A DNA stretch of 64,000 bases, from positions 2,231 through 66,230 of the forward strand of contig DATLZA010000060.1 of NCBI GenBank assembly GCA_035574235.1. Reading direction: 5' to 3'. Positions within the stretch are counted from its first letter, which is position 1, and each line of letters starts with the position of its first letter. Origin of the DNA: Planctomycetota bacterium (GTDB lineage: Bacteria > Planctomycetota > MHYJ01 > JACPRB01). Positions 60,216 through 64,000 of the stretch are shown here, piece after piece. The position numbers and the translations under genes were made by a program. The notes beneath the pieces are model-generated. The model made no database searches. It was not told the DNA's origin and saw only the letters and a list, made by a program, of their open reading frames with translations.

Positions 60216-61007
60216 ATGGTCCCCGCCAAGCCCGGCCTGCCGGCCCCGCTGGCGAGCTTCCTCGGGCACGCCGGGGGAATGGCCCACCTCTTCGGACGAA
60301 CCCTCTACTGGGTGTTCGTGGGACCCTTCCGGGACCGCACCGAGCACCGCCGCCACGTCTTTCCCCTCATGGAAGCGATCGGCAACAAGTCCTTCCCCAT
60401 CGTCGCGCTCGTGGCGCTCCTCATCGGAATCATCCTGGTCCTCCAGACGGGGTACCTCCTCGAAAAATACGGACAGATCCGCCAGGTCTCGGGCCTCGTG
60501 GCGGTCTCCATGACGCGCGAGCTGGGACCGCTCATGACCGCGATCGTCCTGGTCGGCCGCGTGGGCGCCGCCTTCACCGCCGGCCTCGGAACGATGACGA
60601 TTTCCGAGGAAGTCCTGGCCCTCCGAACCATGTCGATCGACCCCGTGGGATACCTCGTCGCGCCCCGGTTCATCGCGATCCTCGTCATGCTTCCCTGTCT
60701 CACCGTCTTCGCCAACGTCGTGGGCATCGCGGGCGGATGCCTCATGGCCACGACCTATGACCTGGATCCATGGGCTTACGTGAGCGACTCGCTGGACTTC
60801 CTCACCCTCCAGGATCTGCTGAGCGGCGTGGTCAAGTCGGCCCTCTTCGCCGTGGTCATCTGCATCGTGTCCTGCCACATGGCCTTCCGCGTCGAAGGCG
60901 GGCCCGAGGGCGTGGCGCGCAACACGATGGTCTCCGTCGTCTGCTCCCTGGTGCTCGTCATCCTCGTGGACGGTCTAGTCACCGCATTCCTGCGCGGTCT
61001 ATCCTGA
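60216..61007 (+). CDS. mlaE: Mla/Ttg2-type ABC transporter permease
   Basis: MlaE pattern: multiple TM segments and RELGPLMTAIVLVGRVGAAFTAGLGTM. Confidence 0.85.
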   Translation: MVPAKPGLPAPLASFLGHAGGMAHLFGRTLYWVFVGPFRDRTEHRRHVFPLMEAIGNKSFPIVALVALLIGIILVLQTGYLLEKYGQIRQVSGLVAVSMTRELGPLMTAIVLVGRVGAAFTAGLGTMTISEEVLALRTMSIDPVGYLVAPRFIAILVMLPCLTVFANVVGIAGGCLMATTYDLDPWAYVSDSLDFLTLQDLLSGVVKSALFAVVICIVSCHMAFRVEGGPEGVARNTMVSVVCSLVLVILVDGLVTAFLRGLS

Positions 61008-61010
61008 CCG

Positions 61011-61802
61011 ATGGCCCTGATCGAGCTGCGCGGAGTCCGCAAATCGTTCGGCGCCAAGACGGCGCTCGACGGGATCACCTTCTCCGTCGAGCAGGGGACG
61101 AACTTCGTGATCCTCGGAGCGTCGGGCGGCGGCAAGTCCACGCTCCTCAAGATCATGATCGCCGCCCTGAAGGCCGACGAGGGCGAGGTCCGGATCGACG
61201 GCGTGGATCTGACCCGGGCGGACGAACGGGAGCTGCGCGCCGTCCGGCGCAAGTTCGGCGTCCTCTTTCAGGACGGAGCGCTCCTCAACTCCCTGACGGT
61301 GGGCGAGAACGTGGCCCTCCCCATCCGCTACCACACGGACCTGCCCGAGGAGACGATCGACATCCTCGTGAAGATGAAGCTGGAGCTCGTCGGGCTGCGC
61401 GAGGCGGAGGGGAAGCTTCCCTCCCAGATCTCCGGCGGCATGCGCAAGCGCGCCGCCCTCGCCCGCGCGATCGCGCTCGATCCGCTCATCGTCTTCCACG
61501 ACGAACCCTCCAGCGGCCTGGACCCCGTGGCCACGGGCGTCATCAGCCGCCTGATCGTCGATCTCAAGGAGAAAATGGGCCTCACCAACGTCGTCATCAC
61601 CCACGACATCCAGAGCGCCTTCGAGATCGCCGACCGGATCGTGCTCCTCCACCGCGGGCGCATCGCCGCCGAGGGCACGGTCCCGGAAATCCTCAAGAAC
61701 GAGGATCCCCTTGTGCGGCAGTTCATCACCGGGAGCGTCGAGGGACCCCTCGAGGCGCGGGGTTCGGAGATAGACTATTACAATGATCTCCTCAACCTGT
61801 AG
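61011..61802 (+). CDS. mlaF: Mla-type ABC transporter ATP-binding protein
   Basis: Walker A GASGGGKST, signature ISGGMRKR and Walker B IVFHDEPSSGLD. Confidence 0.9.
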   Translation: MALIELRGVRKSFGAKTALDGITFSVEQGTNFVILGASGGGKSTLLKIMIAALKADEGEVRIDGVDLTRADERELRAVRRKFGVLFQDGALLNSLTVGENVALPIRYHTDLPEETIDILVKMKLELVGLREAEGKLPSQISGGMRKRAALARAIALDPLIVFHDEPSSGLDPVATGVISRLIVDLKEKMGLTNVVITHDIQSAFEIADRIVLLHRGRIAAEGTVPEILKNEDPLVRQFITGSVEGPLEARGSEIDYYNDLLNL

Positions 61803-61805
61803 GCC

Positions 61806-62810
61806 ATGAGCGTCAAGGCGTCCGAGATCCGGTCCGGGCTCTTCGTCGTCCTGGCGACGGGCGCGCTGTGCGTCCTCGTCTTCTCGGTGGGCGACTTCCG
61901 CGCCCGCTGGCGCCCCTCGGCCCGTTACCACGCCTTCCTCCCGGACGCGAAATTCCTCAAACCGCACGACGCCGTGACCTACGGCGGACTTCGCGTGGGC
62001 CTGGTCAAGCGCGTCGAAGTGGCCCCCGAACGCTTCGGGACCGTCCGCGTGACGGTCGAGGTGGACCCCGAGATTCCCGTGCGCGAGGACTCGGTGCTCG
62101 TCCTCAAGCAGGACGGAATGCTCGGACCCAAGTATCTGGAAATTTCCCCCGGAAGCCCCCAGGCGCGCCCCGCCTCCCCCGGGTCGGAACTGGCCGCCCT
62201 CGTCCCCCCGGCCCTCACGGACCTGACCTCCGCCGTCGAGAAGCCCCTCCAGCGGATCGACCGCGTGCTGGAACATCTGGACCGGATCCTGGGGCTGCCC
62301 GACAATCAGAAAAACCTCGCGGATCTCCTGGCCGAAGCCCGCGCGATGCTCGGCTCCCTGCACGCCGAGATCCGCCGCGTGGGGGCGCTCGCGGAAGAGA
62401 CCGGCCGGGAAACCCGCGAGCTGCTCGCCGAAGTCCGGGGCGCCGTCCGGGACGCCCGCGCGCCGCTCACGAACGCCCTGCGGAACGCGGAAGCGCTCTC
62501 CGAAAAACTCTCCACCCGCCTGGACGACCTGACCGGCCGGTTCGCCCGCGCCGCCGAAGCCCTCGAAAGGCTCCTGCGCGACGCCGACGGACTGGTCGTC
62601 GAGAATCACAAGAACGTGTACGAGACGATCCGCGCGCTCCGGGACACGGCCTACCACATGGAGCAGGCCTCCAAGCGCATCCGGGCGAATCCCTCGATCC
62701 TCCTTTTCGGCGCCGAGGAAACGCCGGAAGAGCGCCGCCGCGCGGACGAGACCGAGCTTCGCCTCCGCGGCCGCGCCCGCCGCTACGACAAGGAGCCGCC
62801 CGGCGAATGA
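61806..62810 (+). CDS. mlaD: MCE/MlaD-family substrate-binding protein with extended helical C-terminus
   Basis: N-terminal TM segment and MCE domain (GLRVGLVKRVEV...), followed by a long coiled region. Confidence 0.8.
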   Translation: MSVKASEIRSGLFVVLATGALCVLVFSVGDFRARWRPSARYHAFLPDAKFLKPHDAVTYGGLRVGLVKRVEVAPERFGTVRVTVEVDPEIPVREDSVLVLKQDGMLGPKYLEISPGSPQARPASPGSELAALVPPALTDLTSAVEKPLQRIDRVLEHLDRILGLPDNQKNLADLLAEARAMLGSLHAEIRRVGALAEETGRETRELLAEVRGAVRDARAPLTNALRNAEALSEKLSTRLDDLTGRFARAAEALERLLRDADGLVVENHKNVYETIRALRDTAYHMEQASKRIRANPSILLFGAEETPEERRRADETELRLRGRARRYDKEPPGE

Positions 62811-63655
62811 AGCGCTCCGCCCTCCTCCTCCTGGCCGCCGGCTGCGGGACCTACTCCCCGCTCGACTCGCCCTTCAACCGCGGCGTGGAGTTCTACGACC
62901 AGGGGCGCCTCGCCGACGCGATCCGCGAGTACAGGCGCGCGCTCGAGGACGACCCGGACCACTACCGCGCGCGCTTCAACCTGGCCGTCTGCTACCACGA
63001 CCTCGGCAAGCTCGACGAGGCGGCGGCGCTCTACGAGGACGTCCTCCGGCGCCGCCCCGACAACGCCCGGGCCCTGGTGAGCCTCGCTTCCGTGCGCGCC
63101 GAGCAGGGCCGGGACGAGGAAGCTCTGGCGCTCCTGCGCCGCGCGGCGGAGGCGGACCCGGACAGCGGGTTTCCCCGCTCGTGCCTGGGGGCCTTCTACG
63201 AGCGCAAGGGCGACCCCGAGCTCGCGCTGGCCGCCTACCGCGCCTCGGTCGAGGTCGAGCCCTCCCACGCCGCCGGGCATGCGGGGATCGGACGGATCCT
63301 TCTTTCCCGCGGAGAGATCGCCGGCGCGTGCGCCGCGTTCGACGCCGCCCTGGCCGCGGACCCCGACGACGTGGCGGTCCTCCTGGGCGCCGCGGAGGCC
63401 CGGGAGCGGGCGGACGATCCCCGGGGCGCGGCGCGGCTTCTCGAGCGGGCGCTCGTCCATACGCCCGACCGGGGGGACCTGTGGCTGCGGCTGGCCGGCC
63501 TCTATGAGTCGCAGGAGCGCCTCGAGGACGCGGTGGCCGCGCTGTGGGAAGCGCGGGCGCGCCGGCCGGAGCTCGCTCCGGAAGCGGGGGCGCGCCTTCG
63601 ACGGCTTTACCTGCGGCTGGCGGAACGCGAAGCCGCCCCTACGCCCCCGAAATGA
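62807..63655 (+). CDS. TPR-repeat lipoprotein
   Basis: Lipobox LLAAGC. Repeated TPR pattern: AIREYRRALEDDPDHYRARFNLAVCY and similar. The ATG overlaps the mlaD stop (ATGA). Confidence 0.8.
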   Translation: MKRSALLLLAAGCGTYSPLDSPFNRGVEFYDQGRLADAIREYRRALEDDPDHYRARFNLAVCYHDLGKLDEAAALYEDVLRRRPDNARALVSLASVRAEQGRDEEALALLRRAAEADPDSGFPRSCLGAFYERKGDPELALAAYRASVEVEPSHAAGHAGIGRILLSRGEIAGACAAFDAALAADPDDVAVLLGAAEARERADDPRGAARLLERALVHTPDRGDLWLRLAGLYESQERLEDAVAALWEARARRPELAPEAGARLRRLYLRLAEREAAPTPPK

Positions 63656-64000
63656 TCCAGTCCGCCGCGCGGGCCAGGTCGTCGGCCACATGGTCCGCTT
63701 CCGCGCCGGCCGCCTCCGCCTGCCTCCCATGGCCCGTGCGGACCAGCACCGTGCGCGTCCCGGCCGCCTTCCCCGCCTCGAGGTCGCGGGGCGAGTCTCC
63801 GACGGTCACGCAGCGGGCGAGATCCAGATCATGCTCGCGCGCGGCCTGCTCGAGAAGTCCCGGCCGGGGCTTGCGGCACCCGCACTCGAGGGCATACGCC
63901 TCGATCGTCCCCTCGGGATGATGCGGGCAGACGTACAGGCCGTCGAGGCGCGCCCCCTCGGCCGCCAGGAGCGCCGCCAGCCGCAGGTGAATCGCCGCCA
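63639..64000 (-). CDS. gmhB: HAD-IIIA phosphatase, D,D-heptose 1,7-bisphosphate phosphatase (GmhB)-like; 5' end outside the window
   Basis: Manual minus-strand translation gives ...LDGLYVCPHHPEGTIEAYALECGCRKPRPGLLEQAAREHDLDLARCVTVGDSPRDLEAGKAAG...ADWIISGA*. CPHHP...C.CRKP and VGD..D are GmhB-type motifs. Not in the ORF track because it runs off the edge. Confidence 0.65.
   Translation of the reverse strand, partial: AAIHLRLAALLAAEGARLDGLYVCPHHPEGTIEAYALECGCRKPRPGLLEQAAREHDLDLARCVTVGDSPRDLEAGKAAGTRTVLVRTGHGRQAEAAGAEADHVADDLARAADWIISGA

Noticed and set aside
1-64000. CRISPR arrays, rRNA genes, integrases, transposases and IS elements.
   Set aside because: I saw no short regularly spaced direct repeats. 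I recognised no 16S, 23S or 5S signature stretches. No ORF has tyrosine- or serine-recombinase or DDE motifs. Their absence is by eye only.

Overview
High-GC (by eye about 70%) bacterial chromosomal window. The gene content is PVC/Planctomycetota-like, but that taxonomic guess is only an inference.

Most of the window is dense housekeeping or metabolic coding sequence:
- proC, cysK-like, and the run birA-nadC-sucD-sucC-IHF/HU-dapB
- rmuC-addA-addB
- a selenocysteine-containing formate dehydrogenase cluster with fdhE
- a glucosylglycerate/mannosylglucosylglycerate-like plus TreT compatible-solute cluster
- mlaEFD with a STAS protein
- two PQQ-type sugar dehydrogenases, and WD40, LamG and TPR proteins

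RNA genes found: tRNA-Val(CAC), tRNA-Arg(ACG), and a long (Bacillus-type, Alu-domain) SRP RNA with a recognisable sigma70-like promoter.

The first ~5.8 kb is the clear outlier and is visibly lower in GC. It holds:
- A translationally coupled four-gene minus-strand operon. It encodes a multiubiquitin-type Ubl, a small single-Cys E2-like protein, a JAB(JAMM)-E1(ThiF) fusion and an 81-aa two-TM zinc-ribbon protein.
- A divergently transcribed XRE-HTH plus ImmA/IrrE metallopeptidase pair (CapH/CapP-like).
- GTTGTA/TACAAC palindromic operators overlapping the -10 element of the Ubl operon.

This cassette is bracketed by two diverged ~325-nt direct repeats (72-395 and 4172-4497). The repeats keep several hairpins through compensatory substitutions and lose any common reading frame. 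That points to a structured non-coding RNA or element that I could not assign to a known family.

Other items worth a look:
- an in-frame TGA splitting a WD40 gene
- an FdnH-FdnI fusion
- tandem LamG paralogs, one with a MYXO-CTERM-like tail
- leaderless-looking TATAAT promoters
- an orphan P-loop ATPase

The many very long Arg/Gly/Pro-rich ORFs antisense to real genes are treated as GC-driven artefacts. ORF-track coordinates include the stop codon. Several starts were moved to internal ATG/GTG codons based on start-stop overlaps, SD-like motifs or signal peptides.
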